Below, piece after piece: positions 7,842 through 18,150 of a stretch of DNA of 64,000 bases. Origin of the DNA: Dehalococcoidia bacterium. Lineage in GTDB: Bacteria > Chloroflexota > Dehalococcoidia > UBA2979. Location of the stretch: positions 93 to 64,092 of the forward strand of contig JANQNP010000042.1 of NCBI GenBank assembly GCA_028279505.1. Reading direction: 5' to 3'. The translations under genes were made by a program, and so were the position numbers. Numbering within the stretch: the first letter of the stretch is position 1; each line of letters opens with the position of its first letter. Below the pieces are notes generated by a model, which was not told where the DNA came from, searched no databases, and saw only the letters and a list, made by a program, of their open reading frames with translations.

Positions 7842-10800
7842 CTAGCTGGCCGTTGGGGCGAGCTGGGTCGCAACGAGGCGTGCATAGAGGCCATCGCGGG
7901 CCAGAAGCTCCTCGTGAGTGCCGGCTTCGACGACGTGGCCGGCGTCGAGTACCACGATCAGGTCGGCGTCGCGAACGGTGGAGAGCCGGTGGGCGATGAC
8001 GACGGTGGTGCGGCCGCTCTCGAGTTCGGAGAGGGCGTTGCGGACAAGGCGCTCGTTGAGCGAGTCGAGGTGTGAGGTGGCTTCGTCGAGCACGAGGACG
8101 GGAGCGTCCTTGAGGATGGCGCGGCCGATGGCGACACGCTGGCGCTGGCCACCGGAGAGCTGGGCACCGCGCTCGCCGACGATGGTGTCGACGCCATCGG
8201 GCAGGGTGGCGACGAAGTCGGCGAGGCCCGCTCGTTGGAGCGCGTCAGAGAGCTCGCGGTCGTTGGCAGTGGGCCGGGCGACGAGCAGGTTGTCCCGGAT
8301 CGACGCGTTGAACAGGTAGGTGTCCTGGGCGACGAGGGCGATGCGGCCGCGGAGTTGATCGAGCTGGAAGTCGCGGGCGTCGTGGTTGTCGAGGGTGACG
8401 GTACCGGCGTCCGGGTCCCAGAAGCGGAGGAGCTGGTGGGCGACGGTGCTCTTGCCGGCACCGGAGGGGCCGACGAGCGCGACGGTGGAGCCGGGACGGA
8501 CATCGAATGAGACGTCCTCGAGCGCGGGACGCGAGGCGCCCTGGTAGGTGAAGACAACGTCGCTGAGCGCGGCGCCGGCGGGCGCGCGGCCATTGCCCTC
8601 GGCCGGGTCGTCGCTCACGCCGGGGCCGTCGAGGACGGGGACGTGCTCGGTGTGGATCGCTGTGATGCGGCGGGTGGCGCCGATGGTGTCACCGAGGCGC
8701 CGGCCAACCTGCGCAAGCTCGCTGATGGGGAGGAAGGCGCCCATGGAGAGGAGGGTGATGAGTGGGAGGGCGCCGGGGTCGAGGTCTCCGTTGGCGGCCA
8801 TGGATGCGCCGACGACGAGGATGGTGAGGCCACCGGTCCCGATGAGCAGTTCGAGCCAGATGCGCTGGATGGTGATCTGGCGGTTGAACGCGAGGCGGAC
8901 GGGGATGTAGCCGGCGGCGAGGCGCGCGAACTCCTGTCGCCGGGCCGGCGCGGCCTGAAAGGCAGCGATCTCGCGGAGTCCCTGGAGGGTGTCGACGACG
9001 TGGGCGTTGAGTTCGCCGAGGTGTCCGCGCGCGACGGTGCCGAGGCGCTCGATGGCGGCGCGGGTGAGCACGGGGCTCCAGGCAGCGAGGACGAGGAACG
9101 GGAGGAGGACGAGGGCGAGCTGCCAGCCGTAGAAGAACAGGGTGATGAGGATGCCGAGCGGGACGACGAGGGCGACGAAGGCGTTGGCGATGGTGTGCGC
9201 GAAGAAGTATTCGATGGTTTCGACGTCCTGGGTCGCCATGGCGACGAGGTCGCCAGTACGGCGGCGTTGGAGGTAGCCGGGCGTCAGCCGATCGAGCTGG
9301 CGATAGAGGGCGATGCGCATCTGGGCGAGGAGGCGGAAGGCGAGGTCATGGGAGAACCAGGATTCGAGCCAGGTGAGGAGCGCGGTGGCGGGAGCGAGGA
9401 TGAGCAGCGCGATCATGAGGCCGTCGAAGGACTCCCCGTCGCGGACGCGGGCGACCATGAGGGCGCCGAGGACGGAGACGCCGATCAGTCCGATGAAGTG
9501 CCCGACGCCGGATACGAAGGAGAGGATGAGCTTGGGCCAGAGCGAGCCGACGACGGCGAGGAGGCGGGTGAAGGTCTCGACCCAGCCCATGGCGTCTGCG
9601 TTGCGCATGGCCTCAGTAGGCGCGGCGTGGAGGTCTTCGCGCGGCTCGGCCGACGGGGTGGCGACGGTGTTCGGGGCCGGGACAGCGGCTGCGGGGCGCT
9701 GGCGGGTTGACGCCGCGGCGTCTTCGAGTTGCTCGGCCATGAGAGCGGCGTAGGGGCCACCGCTCTCCCGAAGCTCGGCGGGCGCGCCGGTCTCGACCAG
9801 TTCGCCGTCGTGGAGCACCAGAACGCGGTCGCATCCGGCGACGCTGGAGAGCCGGTGGGCAACGACGAGGGTGGTGCGGCCCTCCATGAGGCGGTCCAGC
9901 GCCTGCTGGATTATGGCTTCATTCTCGGCGTCGACGCTGGAGAGCGCCTCGTCGAGGACGAGGATGGGAGCGTCGCGGAGGAGGGCGCGGGCGATGGCGA
10001 CGCGCTGGCGCTCGCCACCGGAGAGGCGCAGTCCTCGTTCTCCGATCACGGTGTCGTAGCCACGGGGGAGGCCGGCGATGAAGTCGTGGGCGTTGGCGGC
10101 GCGGGCAGCCACCTCTAGCTCCTCTTGGGAGGCATCGGGCTTTCCGAGCCGGAGGTTGGCGGCGATCGTGCCGTGGAAGAGGTAGGTGTCCTGGAGCACG
10201 ACGGCCATCTGGGCGCGGAGCGAGTCGAACGAGAGTTCGCGGACATCGACGTCGCCCACGAGGACGCGACCGTCCTGGGGGTCGTAGAGGCGCTGGAGTA
10301 GCCAGACGAGGGTGGATTTGCCGGAGCCGCTTCGGCCAACGACGGCGACGCGTTCGCCGGAGGCGACCTGGAAGGAGACGTCGCGGAGGGCGGGGCGGCG
10401 ACCGCCCGGGTAGGAGAAGGTCACGCCCTCGAAGGTGACGCCGGGGCCGGTGGCGGCGGCGGGGAGGGCGCGTGCCTCGGAGGCCTCGGCGACGCGCGGT
10501 TCCGCGGCGAGCAGATCGAAGACGCCGCCGGAGGCGGAGACGCCCAGCAGGCCCTGGTGGAAGAGCTGGCTGAGTTCGCGGAGCGGGCGGAAGACCTCGA
10601 CGCCGAGCATGAGGATGACGAGCAACACCTCGATGCTGAGGTCGCCGCTCTCGACGCGGGAGGCGCCGTAGGCGAGCGCGATGGCGGCGCCCATCGCGAT
10701 GCCGGCGATGGTCATGCCGTGGGTGGCGGCGTTGCTGGCGAGGACGCCCATAGTGGAGCGGAAGACGTCGTCGGCGCGGCGCTCGAGCCGGTCGCCGCGG

Positions 10801-11447
10801 GTGCCGCTCTGGCCGAAGGCCTTGAGCGTCGGCAGTCCCTGGATGGAGTCGAGGAAGTCTGAGGCGAAGGAGCCGTAGGCCTCGCGACGGCGGATGCTGG
10901 CGGAGGCGTTCATGCGGTGGAAGACGGAGGGCGCGGCCAGCGTGACGAGGGCGACGACGAGGTAGATGGCGGCGGTGGGCAGGTCGAGGAAGGCCATGAA
11001 GAGGAAGATGCCGACTGGAGCGAGCGCGGCGGTGAAGAACTGTGGCAAGTACTGGCCGAAGAAGGTCTCGAGCTGCTCGACGCCTTCGACGAGCGAGATG
11101 GTGACTTCGCCGGTGCGGCGGGAGTCGAAGTAGGCGGGGCCGAGGTCGAGCACGCGGTCGTGCAGGCGGGCGCGGAGATGCGATTGGACGCGGGCGGCGG
11201 TGGCGTAGGCGACGCCTTCCTTCAGGTACTGGAGGCCGGCGCGGGTGACGATGGCAGCGAGGACGGCCGCGATCGGGAGGACGAGATCGGAGGGCGCATC
11301 GCCCTCGAAGACACGCGCGAGCAGGAGGCCGAGGAGGGCGAGGCGCGCGATCCCGGCGGCGGCGGTGGCGAGTCCGAGGGCGACGGCGAGTGCGATGCGT
11401 CCTCGGACGCCGGCGGTGAGGCTCCAGAGACGAAGGCTGAAGTACAC
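7842..11447 (-). CDS. Fused ABC exporter (TMD-NBD-TMD-NBD), CydDC-type thiol/cysteine exporter family
   Basis: 1201 aa. Two Walker A motifs (GRSGSGKST, GPSGAGKST). Two ABC signatures ([28 protein letters not shown]). Two six-helix TMD blocks. Confidence 0.8.
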   Translation of the reverse strand: MYFSLRLWSLTAGVRGRIALAVALGLATAAAGIARLALLGLLLARVFEGDAPSDLVLPIAAVLAAIVTRAGLQYLKEGVAYATAARVQSHLRARLHDRVLDLGPAYFDSRRTGEVTISLVEGVEQLETFFGQYLPQFFTAALAPVGIFLFMAFLDLPTAAIYLVVALVTLAAPSVFHRMNASASIRRREAYGSFASDFLDSIQGLPTLKAFGQSGTRGDRLERRADDVFRSTMGVLASNAATHGMTIAGIAMGAAIALAYGASRVESGDLSIEVLLVILMLGVEVFRPLRELSQLFHQGLLGVSASGGVFDLLAAEPRVAEASEARALPAAATGPGVTFEGVTFSYPGGRRPALRDVSFQVASGERVAVVGRSGSGKSTLVWLLQRLYDPQDGRVLVGDVDVRELSFDSLRAQMAVVLQDTYLFHGTIAANLRLGKPDASQEELEVAARAANAHDFIAGLPRGYDTVIGERGLRLSGGERQRVAIARALLRDAPILVLDEALSSVDAENEAIIQQALDRLMEGRTTLVVAHRLSSVAGCDRVLVLHDGELVETGAPAELRESGGPYAALMAEQLEDAAASTRQRPAAAVPAPNTVATPSAEPREDLHAAPTEAMRNADAMGWVETFTRLLAVVGSLWPKLILSFVSGVGHFIGLIGVSVLGALMVARVRDGESFDGLMIALLILAPATALLTWLESWFSHDLAFRLLAQMRIALYRQLDRLTPGYLQRRRTGDLVAMATQDVETIEYFFAHTIANAFVALVVPLGILITLFFYGWQLALVLLPFLVLAAWSPVLTRAAIERLGTVARGHLGELNAHVVDTLQGLREIAAFQAAPARRQEFARLAAGYIPVRLAFNRQITIQRIWLELLIGTGGLTILVVGASMAANGDLDPGALPLITLLSMGAFLPISELAQVGRRLGDTIGATRRITAIHTEHVPVLDGPGVSDDPAEGNGRAPAGAALSDVVFTYQGASRPALEDVSFDVRPGSTVALVGPSGAGKSTVAHQLLRFWDPDAGTVTLDNHDARDFQLDQLRGRIALVAQDTYLFNASIRDNLLVARPTANDRELSDALQRAGLADFVATLPDGVDTIVGERGAQLSGGQRQRVAIGRAILKDAPVLVLDEATSHLDSLNERLVRNALSELESGRTTVVIAHRLSTVRDADLIVVLDAGHVVEAGTHEELLARDGLYARLVATQLAPTAS

Positions 11448-11552
11448 GAGGGGCTCGCTCCGCTAGCGGTATCGAGAGGGCAGGGACGCTACGAGCGCCG
11501 GTGGGCGGGCGGGGCGTCGCCGTGCGGGTCACCGTAGGGACCGCTGACTCTT

Positions 11553-11696
11553 TTTGCAAACATTCGCAACTTGGCGACACGTTGACCGGCTAGCGCGCTG
11601 GAACGGCCGGGATGCCTGCTCGCTCAGGGGGCAGCGGGCTTGCTTAACGCGAAAATTCGCATCAAGATACGATTCGTTTCTGCGAATCTTTGCGAA
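11553..11696. promoter_or_regulatory. AT-rich intergenic region with repeated TTCGCA/TGCGAA hexamers and short palindromes. Candidate operator/promoter for the downstream peptide ABC operon.
   Basis: TTTGCAAA palindrome at 11553-11560. TTCGCA at 11564 and 11656. GCGAAaaTTCGC near-palindrome at 11649-11660. TGCGAA at 11681 and 11691 (10-bp spacing). ATTCGCA/TGCGAAT inverted pair. Local AT content is well above the genome background. Confidence 0.35.
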
Positions 11697-11714
11697 AGTG
11701 ATCGAGGTGCATGG

Positions 11715-13367
11715 ATGCGGATCGGACGTCGGCTGGGGCTGGGACTCCTCGTCCTCTTCGCCGTGGTGGCTCTCGCTGCCTGCGGCGACAGCGAGGATAG
11801 CGATAGCGATTCGTCAGCAACAGCACGGGCCGACAGCGGCGCCAGTTCTCCGACGACGTCTGACGGGAACGACTCTTTCGATCCGAACGCGGAGATCGTC
11901 ATCGCCCTCGGCAATGACACGGCCAACCTCGACGGGGACAACGCAACGGTGGGGATGGGGTCTCCGCCGGCGAACATCTACGACACGCTCGTCTTCATGG
12001 GGAACGACTTCCAGGTCCGTCCTGGGCTGGCGACCGAATGGGAGCTGCTGGAGGACGGTGAGACGTGGCGCTTCCACCTCCGCGAGGGTGTCCTCTTCCA
12101 CGATGGCACCGAGCTGACAGCCGCGGACGTGGTGTGGACGATGGACCGCATCGCTCGCGCCGGGGGACGCGCGATCCGCGCCCAGGAGGGCGGCACGGTC
12201 GCCGTCGATGACTACACCGTCGACTTCACGCCCAGCAGCCCGAACGCGAAGACCCCGCTGCAGATCGTGCACCCGGTCTTTGGGATCATGAAGGCGGACA
12301 GCGACCCCGTCGCGGCTCCCGTCGGCACCGGACCGTTCCGGTTCGTCGAGTACCAGCCAGGTGAGTTCTTCCGGGTCGCGCGCTTCGACGACTACTGGGA
12401 TGAGGAGCAGATTGCCGGCGTCGCCGCGATCGAGTTCAGGTTCATCCCCGACAACAACAGCCGCATCCTCGCCCTCCAGGCCGATGACGTGGACATCGCG
12501 GGGGAGCTCGGTCCCGACGCGATCGACGCCCTGCTGGCCGGGGACGGGCTGACCGTCGAGACCTCGCTGGTCGGGGCCTACCAGGCGATCTCGATGAACA
12601 TCCGCGGCGAGGACGAGTGGGCGCTGACGGCGGACCTCGATCTGCGTCGCGCGATCGCGATGGCGATCGACCGGGAATCGATCGTGGAGGCGGTCTACCA
12701 GGGCTACGCCGACGTTGGTCGAAACCTGATCCCGCCAGCGATCCTGGGAGACGCCTCGGAAGCCGTTGAGGGCGGACCGGCCTACGACCCGGACGGCGCG
12801 CGCGCGATCCTCGATCAGGCCGGCTGGGTTGCCGGGGACGACGGTATCCGCGAGCGTGACGGTCAGCGCCTGACGCTGCGCCTGGTCAACGGCTATCCGG
12901 AGCCCGAGGTGCATCGCCCGATCCCGGAGGTCCTCCAGCTTCAGCTCGCCGAGGTGGGCATTGAGGTGGAGATCTACGAGACCCTCGAGTACGAGACGTT
13001 CCTCACCGACGCACAGGGACACCTCTGGCTGGAGCGCGGGAACCAGAACGACGCGAACGCGGCCTTCCTGCCCGCCTTGCTCTATCGCCTCCCGGAGAAC
13101 GGCGGCTTCGTCGCCGACTATGCGATCCCCTTCGGACCCGGTGGCGAGTACGACGAGTTGCTGAACGAAGCCCTCGAGAGCACCGACGTCGCGGCGACCC
13201 AGGAGCTCACGGCCGAGGCAATGCACATCCAGATCGACGAGGAGGTCATCATCGTTCCGATCGCGGGGCTGGTGAACATCTGGGGAGCGCGAGCAGGCAT
13301 CGAGGGGTTCGACCCGCACTCGGCGCGCGTCCACACTCGCTTCTCCTCGGTGCGCGTCGCGGAGTAG
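11715..13367 (+). CDS. ABC transporter substrate-binding lipoprotein, family 5 (peptide/nickel, DppA/OppA-like)
   Basis: ATG at 11715 is preceded by GAGGTG. Lipoprotein signal present (MRIGRRLGLGLLVLFAVVALAACGDS). Family-5 SBP-length mature domain. Confidence 0.8.
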   Translation: MRIGRRLGLGLLVLFAVVALAACGDSEDSDSDSSATARADSGASSPTTSDGNDSFDPNAEIVIALGNDTANLDGDNATVGMGSPPANIYDTLVFMGNDFQVRPGLATEWELLEDGETWRFHLREGVLFHDGTELTAADVVWTMDRIARAGGRAIRAQEGGTVAVDDYTVDFTPSSPNAKTPLQIVHPVFGIMKADSDPVAAPVGTGPFRFVEYQPGEFFRVARFDDYWDEEQIAGVAAIEFRFIPDNNSRILALQADDVDIAGELGPDAIDALLAGDGLTVETSLVGAYQAISMNIRGEDEWALTADLDLRRAIAMAIDRESIVEAVYQGYADVGRNLIPPAILGDASEAVEGGPAYDPDGARAILDQAGWVAGDDGIRERDGQRLTLRLVNGYPEPEVHRPIPEVLQLQLAEVGIEVEIYETLEYETFLTDAQGHLWLERGNQNDANAAFLPALLYRLPENGGFVADYAIPFGPGGEYDELLNEALESTDVAATQELTAEAMHIQIDEEVIIVPIAGLVNIWGARAGIEGFDPHSARVHTRFSSVRVAE

Positions 13368-13376
13368 CTCCGCGCC

Positions 13377-14390
13377 GTGCGCGAACTCGAGGTCACCTTC
13401 GAGTCCGACATCCGCCTCGGAGGGATGTTGTGTCTCCCCGAGGATGCGGGCGCCGATCGTCCCGCGCCGGCCTTCGTGCTGCTGGGCGGGACGGGCGGCG
13501 ACACGCGCGACGGCGACCTGGCGCCCGAACGGACGCCGGGGACGCACAACCCGCCGCGCCGCGGGCTGCTGCGCCGGATCGCACATCGCCTGGCGGTCGA
13601 TGGCATCGCGACCCTGCGGTTTGACAAGCGCGGTTGTGGCGCGAGCGGCGGCACGGCCGACGAGTCCGACTACGACACCGACCTGCTCGATAATCGCGCC
13701 GCGTTCCGATGGCTGCGCGGGCGGGATGAGATCGACGCCTCGCGGGTCGGGCTGATCGGGCACAGCGCCGGCGCGTTCAATGCCTGCATGGTCTGCCGCG
13801 ACGAACCCGACGTCGCCGCGGCAGGTCTGCTGGGAGCACTCCACGGACCGATCGACGATCTGATCCGCTGGAACTGGGGACGCATCGCCGCGCACTGGGA
13901 GCAGTTCAGCGAGGACCAGCGAGACTGGCTGCTGCGGGAGCGCACGCGCGACGTCCTTGGCAGCTTCGGGATGGAGCGATTCCTCGAAGCGCTGCACGGC
14001 GACGCGCGCACGATCACCCTCGAGGCGCACGGGCGCTCGATGGAGTTCGCGACCGTGCGCGCCCAGCAGGACCTGGAGCGTTCTGTCGCTCCGGCCTTCG
14101 CGTACGTTCGTTGTCCCGCGTTGGTGCTGCACGGCGGCGACGATCTGAACGTCAGGGTCGACGACGCGCTCGACAGCTACCGCGCGCTGCGCGCGGCGGG
14201 CAACGACGCGGTTGACCTCGAGATCTTGCCCGGCCTTGACCACTCCTTCCAGCCTGTCGCCGCCGATCCGGCGCAGCGGATCTGGGACCGCGTGTCGCTC
14301 GCCTCGTTCGGTCGTCCCGTCTCGCCAGCAGCGCTCGACGCCGTCGCGCGCTGGGCGACGCGCACCCTCAGCGGTCGCGGCGCCAGCTAG
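13377..14390 (+). CDS. Alpha/beta-fold hydrolase embedded in the ABC operon
   Basis: GxSxG nucleophile elbow (IGHSAGAF). GTG start is 9 nt after the SBP stop. Its stop overlaps the permease start (TAGTG). Confidence 0.6.
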   Translation: MRELEVTFESDIRLGGMLCLPEDAGADRPAPAFVLLGGTGGDTRDGDLAPERTPGTHNPPRRGLLRRIAHRLAVDGIATLRFDKRGCGASGGTADESDYDTDLLDNRAAFRWLRGRDEIDASRVGLIGHSAGAFNACMVCRDEPDVAAAGLLGALHGPIDDLIRWNWGRIAAHWEQFSEDQRDWLLRERTRDVLGSFGMERFLEALHGDARTITLEAHGRSMEFATVRAQQDLERSVAPAFAYVRCPALVLHGGDDLNVRVDDALDSYRALRAAGNDAVDLEILPGLDHSFQPVAADPAQRIWDRVSLASFGRPVSPAALDAVARWATRTLSGRGAS

Positions 14391-15337
14391 TGCTCGGCTT
14401 TGCGGCGCGCCGCCTGGCGCAGTCCATCCCCGTCCTGGTCGGCATCAGCGTTGTCACCTGGGCGTTGATGGCCGCCTCGCCGGATGACCCGGCGCGGATC
14501 TACGCGAACCAGCAGGCGGTCGGCGGTCGCGCCGAACCGGCGGAGATCGAGCAAGCCCGCGAGTTGCTCGGCCTCACCGGCTCACCCGTCGAACAGTACG
14601 TGCGCTGGGCGAGGCGGGCGCTGAGCGGGGACCTTGGCGAATCGTTCCGCACCGGGCAGCCGGTGACGACCGAGATCGTTGATCGGCTGCCGGCCACCCT
14701 GGAACTGGCCGGTGGGGCCGTGCTGGTCACGCTGCTGCTCGGCCTTCCGCTGGGTGTCATCGCCGCGGTCTGGGCGAATCGCTGGCCGGACCATGTTGCT
14801 CGGCTGGTGGCGCTGATCGGCGGCGCGGTGCCCGCGTTCTGGCTGTCGCTGCTCCTGATCTGGCTCTTCGCGGTGGAGTGGCGCTGGCTGCCCAGCAACG
14901 GCCGGGGTGGGCTCGATCACCTCGTGCTGCCCGCACTCGCGCTGGGGGCCGCCGCCGCGGGGGGCTACGTCCGCCTGCTCCGAGCGTCGCTCCTGGAGAC
15001 GCTCGGCGAGGACTATGTCGTCGCCGCGCGCGCCCGCGGGCTCCGGGGGAGCGCGGTGCTGGTGCGGCATGCGCTGCGCAACGCGCTCATTCCCGTCGTC
15101 TCGCAGCTCGGCGTGACCGTCGGGGTGCTGCTGAGCGGCTCGGTCGTCGTCGAGGTGATCTTTTCCTGGCCCGGCATCGGTCGGTACGCCGTCGACTCGA
15201 TCGCCCGTCGCGACCTGCCCGCGTTGCAGGGGTTCGTCCTGTTCAGCGCGCTCGTGTACCTCGGAGCCAGCCTCGCGGTCGACCTTGCCTACCGCTGGCT
15301 CGACCCGCGCGTGGGACGTCGGGGCGCCGAGCGATGA
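14390..15337 (+). CDS. ABC transporter permease (DppB/OppB-like)
   Basis: Polytopic binding-protein-dependent permease; start overlaps upstream stop. Confidence 0.85.
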   Translation: MLGFAARRLAQSIPVLVGISVVTWALMAASPDDPARIYANQQAVGGRAEPAEIEQARELLGLTGSPVEQYVRWARRALSGDLGESFRTGQPVTTEIVDRLPATLELAGGAVLVTLLLGLPLGVIAAVWANRWPDHVARLVALIGGAVPAFWLSLLLIWLFAVEWRWLPSNGRGGLDHLVLPALALGAAAAGGYVRLLRASLLETLGEDYVVAARARGLRGSAVLVRHALRNALIPVVSQLGVTVGVLLSGSVVVEVIFSWPGIGRYAVDSIARRDLPALQGFVLFSALVYLGASLAVDLAYRWLDPRVGRRGAER

Positions 15338-16212
15338 CGGTGGCCGCGGAGGCGATCTGGCTCGCGCCGGAACCTGGGCTGCGCGCCTCGTGGCGGCGCT
15401 TCCGCCGCAACCATGCCGCGCTCGCCGGCCTCGTGCTGGTCAGCGTGGTGCTCGCCGCCGCGCTGTTCGGGCCATCGGTCGCGCCGAGCGATCCGCTCGC
15501 CGGGTCGCTCGACGCTCGTCACCAGGGGATCAGCGGCGACCACTGGCTCGGGACGGACGCGCTGGGGCGGGATCAGCTCGCGCGCATCCTCCACGGCGCC
15601 CGCGTCTCCGTCCTCACCGCGGTGTTGCTGATGTCGATCATCCTCGTGATCGCGACCGTCGTCGGCGTCGCGGCCGGGTATGCGGGCGGCCTGCTCGACG
15701 CGACGCTGATGCGGGTGGTGGACGTCGTCCTCGCGTTTCCCTCGTTCATCCTCGCCCTCGCGATCACCGGCGTCCTCGGCGTCGGGCTGGACAAGGTGTT
15801 GATCGCGCTCGGTGCGGTCTGGTGGGCTGGCTTCGCGCGTGTGATTCGCGGTCAGGTGGTCGCGGTCCGCGAGCGCGGGTTCATCGATGCGGCAGAGGCG
15901 TCGGGAGGGACGCAGCTCAGCATCGTTCGCCGCCACGTCCTTCCGCACGTGGCCGGCGTCATCCTTGTGCTCGGCACGCTCGATGTCGGCTCGATCATCC
16001 TCGCGCTAGCCGGGCTCTCGTTCCTCGGCTTTGGGCAGCAGCCGCCCGATCCGGAGTGGGGACGGATGCTGTTCGACGCGAAGCCGTACCTCCAGACGCA
16101 GCCGCTCGAGATGATCGTCCCCGGCAGCGCGATCGCGATCACGGTGCTCGGCTTCAACCTCCTGGGGGACGGGTTGCGCGACGCCTTCGATCCCGCCGGG
16201 AGCGCGCGCTGA
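15334..16212 (+). CDS. ABC transporter permease (DppC/OppC-like)
   Basis: ATG 15334 overlaps the upstream TGA (ATGA). N-terminal helix (ALAGLVLVSVVLAAALFGP) and permease core. Confidence 0.85.
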   Translation: MTVAAEAIWLAPEPGLRASWRRFRRNHAALAGLVLVSVVLAAALFGPSVAPSDPLAGSLDARHQGISGDHWLGTDALGRDQLARILHGARVSVLTAVLLMSIILVIATVVGVAAGYAGGLLDATLMRVVDVVLAFPSFILALAITGVLGVGLDKVLIALGAVWWAGFARVIRGQVVAVRERGFIDAAEASGGTQLSIVRRHVLPHVAGVILVLGTLDVGSIILALAGLSFLGFGQQPPDPEWGRMLFDAKPYLQTQPLEMIVPGSAIAITVLGFNLLGDGLRDAFDPAGSAR

Positions 16213-17177
16213 TGGCCCTCCTGGAGGTGAACGACCTCACGACGACCTTCGCCACCGATCGCGGGCCGGTCCGTGCGTGCGACGGCGTCTCATTCGAGGT
16301 CGAGCGAGGCGAGGTGCTCGGCATCGTCGGCGAAAGCGGCAGCGGCAAGACGATCGCCGCCCTCTCCGTGATGGGGCTCGTTCCGCCGCCGGGCGTCATC
16401 GAGCGGGGCTCGATCCGCTTCGATGGCGAGGAGCTGCGCGGGGCGCCGGAGCACCGCTACCGTGACCTGCGCGGGCGCCAGATCGGGATGGTCTTCCAGG
16501 ACGCCGGCCGCGCCCTCGACCCGGTGCATACGGTTCGCTCGCACCTCCGCGAGGCGTCGGGGCGCCAGGACGATCATGGGGCGCTGCTCCAGCGGGTCGG
16601 GCTCGATGCGGATCTCCTCGATCGCTACCCGTACCAGCTCTCCGGTGGACAGCGGCAGCGCGTGATGATCGCAATCGCGATCGCGCGCGACCCGGCCCTC
16701 ATCATTGCCGACGAACCGACCACCGCCGTCGACGCGCTCACGCAGGTCGCCCTGTTGGCCGAGCTGATGCGGCTGCGTCACGAACTCGGGGCGGCGCTGA
16801 TCCTCGTCTCGCACAACCTCGGGCTCATCTCGCGCGTCGCCGATCGGGTCGCGGTGATGTACCTCGGCCAGATCCTCGAGCTGTCGCCCACCGCCGAGCT
16901 CGTTCGCGAGCCGGGCCACCCGTATTCGGCGGCGCTGCTCCGGGCCACGGTTCCCCTCGACGGCGATGGAACGCGCCTCGAGGGTGTCGGCGGCAACCCG
17001 GACAGTCTCCTCGACCCGCCGTCGGGGTGCGTCTTCTCCCGCCGCTGCCCGCACGCCGACGATTCGTGCGCCATGTCGCGCCCGGCGCTGGTGGCGACGG
17101 CGCCCGGCCGGCACTCCGCGTGCCATCACCTCGATCGGTTCGCCGAAGCGACGCGAGGGGTGGGGTATGGGAGCTGA
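16212..17177 (+). CDS. ABC transporter ATP-binding protein (DppD/OppD-like)
   Basis: ATG 16212 overlaps TGA. Walker A (GESGSGKT), signature ([14 protein letters not shown]), C-terminal oligopeptide-type Cys motif ([15 protein letters not shown]). Confidence 0.85.
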   Translation: MALLEVNDLTTTFATDRGPVRACDGVSFEVERGEVLGIVGESGSGKTIAALSVMGLVPPPGVIERGSIRFDGEELRGAPEHRYRDLRGRQIGMVFQDAGRALDPVHTVRSHLREASGRQDDHGALLQRVGLDADLLDRYPYQLSGGQRQRVMIAIAIARDPALIIADEPTTAVDALTQVALLAELMRLRHELGAALILVSHNLGLISRVADRVAVMYLGQILELSPTAELVREPGHPYSAALLRATVPLDGDGTRLEGVGGNPDSLLDPPSGCVFSRRCPHADDSCAMSRPALVATAPGRHSACHHLDRFAEATRGVGYGS

Positions 17178-18150
17178 ACTGCTGCGTCTCACGGCCGCGG
17201 GCCGCGACTTCGCGAGCGGTCTGTTCTGGTCACGACAGCGGACCGTCGCGTTGGAGGCGCTCGACCTCGAACTGCGCCCACGCGAAACGGTCGGGCTCCT
17301 CGGACAGAGCGGCAGCGGCAAGACGACCGCCCTCCGCATCGCCGGGTTCCTGCTGCGTCCGACGCGCGGCGAGGTCTCCGTGGGCGGGCGCGACCCGTGG
17401 CGCGCAGGCGGTCGCGAGCGGCGCCGTCTGCGACGCGACGTGCAGTACGTCTTCCAAGACGGCAGCGACGCGTTCGATCCGCGGCAGGCCGCCGCCGGCA
17501 TCGTCGAGGAACCGCTTCGGAACTTCGGCGTGCCCGCCACCGACCGTCGGGAGCGCGTCGCCGAGGGGTTCGCGGCGGTCGGATTGACGGCGGACCTGCG
17601 CGACCGGCACCCGCACCAGCTCTCCGGCGGGCAACGACAGCGCCTCGGCATTGCGCGCGCCCTCGTGCTGGAGCCCGGCACCTTGCTGCTCGACGAGCCG
17701 GTCAGCGCGCTGGACGTCAGTCTCGCGGCTCAGGTCCTCAATCTGCTTCGCGATCTGCAAGAACAGCGCGGACTCGGGTACCTGCTCGTGAGCCATGAGT
17801 TGCCTGTCGTCCAACACCTGGCGGATCGGGTCCTGGTGCTCTATGCGGGGCTGGTCGTCGAAGAGGGTGGGGCGAAGATCTTGAGCGCGCCGGCCCACCC
17901 CTACACGCAGGCGCTCCGGGCGGCGGCGCTGACGGTGGACCCGGGGGCCGGCCTCCCACCGATCGCGGGCGTGGCTCCGCCCGCTCAGCGAGGCTGCGCC
18001 TTCGCCCCCTCTTGCCCGGCGGTGCACGACCGCTGCCGCGAGGCGCGCCCCGCCCTCGCGAGGCAGCCGGACGGCCGGCGCGTTCGGTGCTTCTTGTTCT
18101 CCGATCAGATCGACAACGACGCAGACAGGCTCAGCGAGGAGCTGCCATGA
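17167..18150 (+). CDS. ABC transporter ATP-binding protein (DppF/OppF-like)
   Basis: ATG 17167 (MGAELLRL). Walker A (GQSGSGKT), signature ([14 protein letters not shown]). Confidence 0.85.
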   Translation: MGAELLRLTAAGRDFASGLFWSRQRTVALEALDLELRPRETVGLLGQSGSGKTTALRIAGFLLRPTRGEVSVGGRDPWRAGGRERRRLRRDVQYVFQDGSDAFDPRQAAAGIVEEPLRNFGVPATDRRERVAEGFAAVGLTADLRDRHPHQLSGGQRQRLGIARALVLEPGTLLLDEPVSALDVSLAAQVLNLLRDLQEQRGLGYLLVSHELPVVQHLADRVLVLYAGLVVEEGGAKILSAPAHPYTQALRAAALTVDPGAGLPPIAGVAPPAQRGCAFAPSCPAVHDRCREARPALARQPDGRRVRCFLFSDQIDNDADRLSEELP

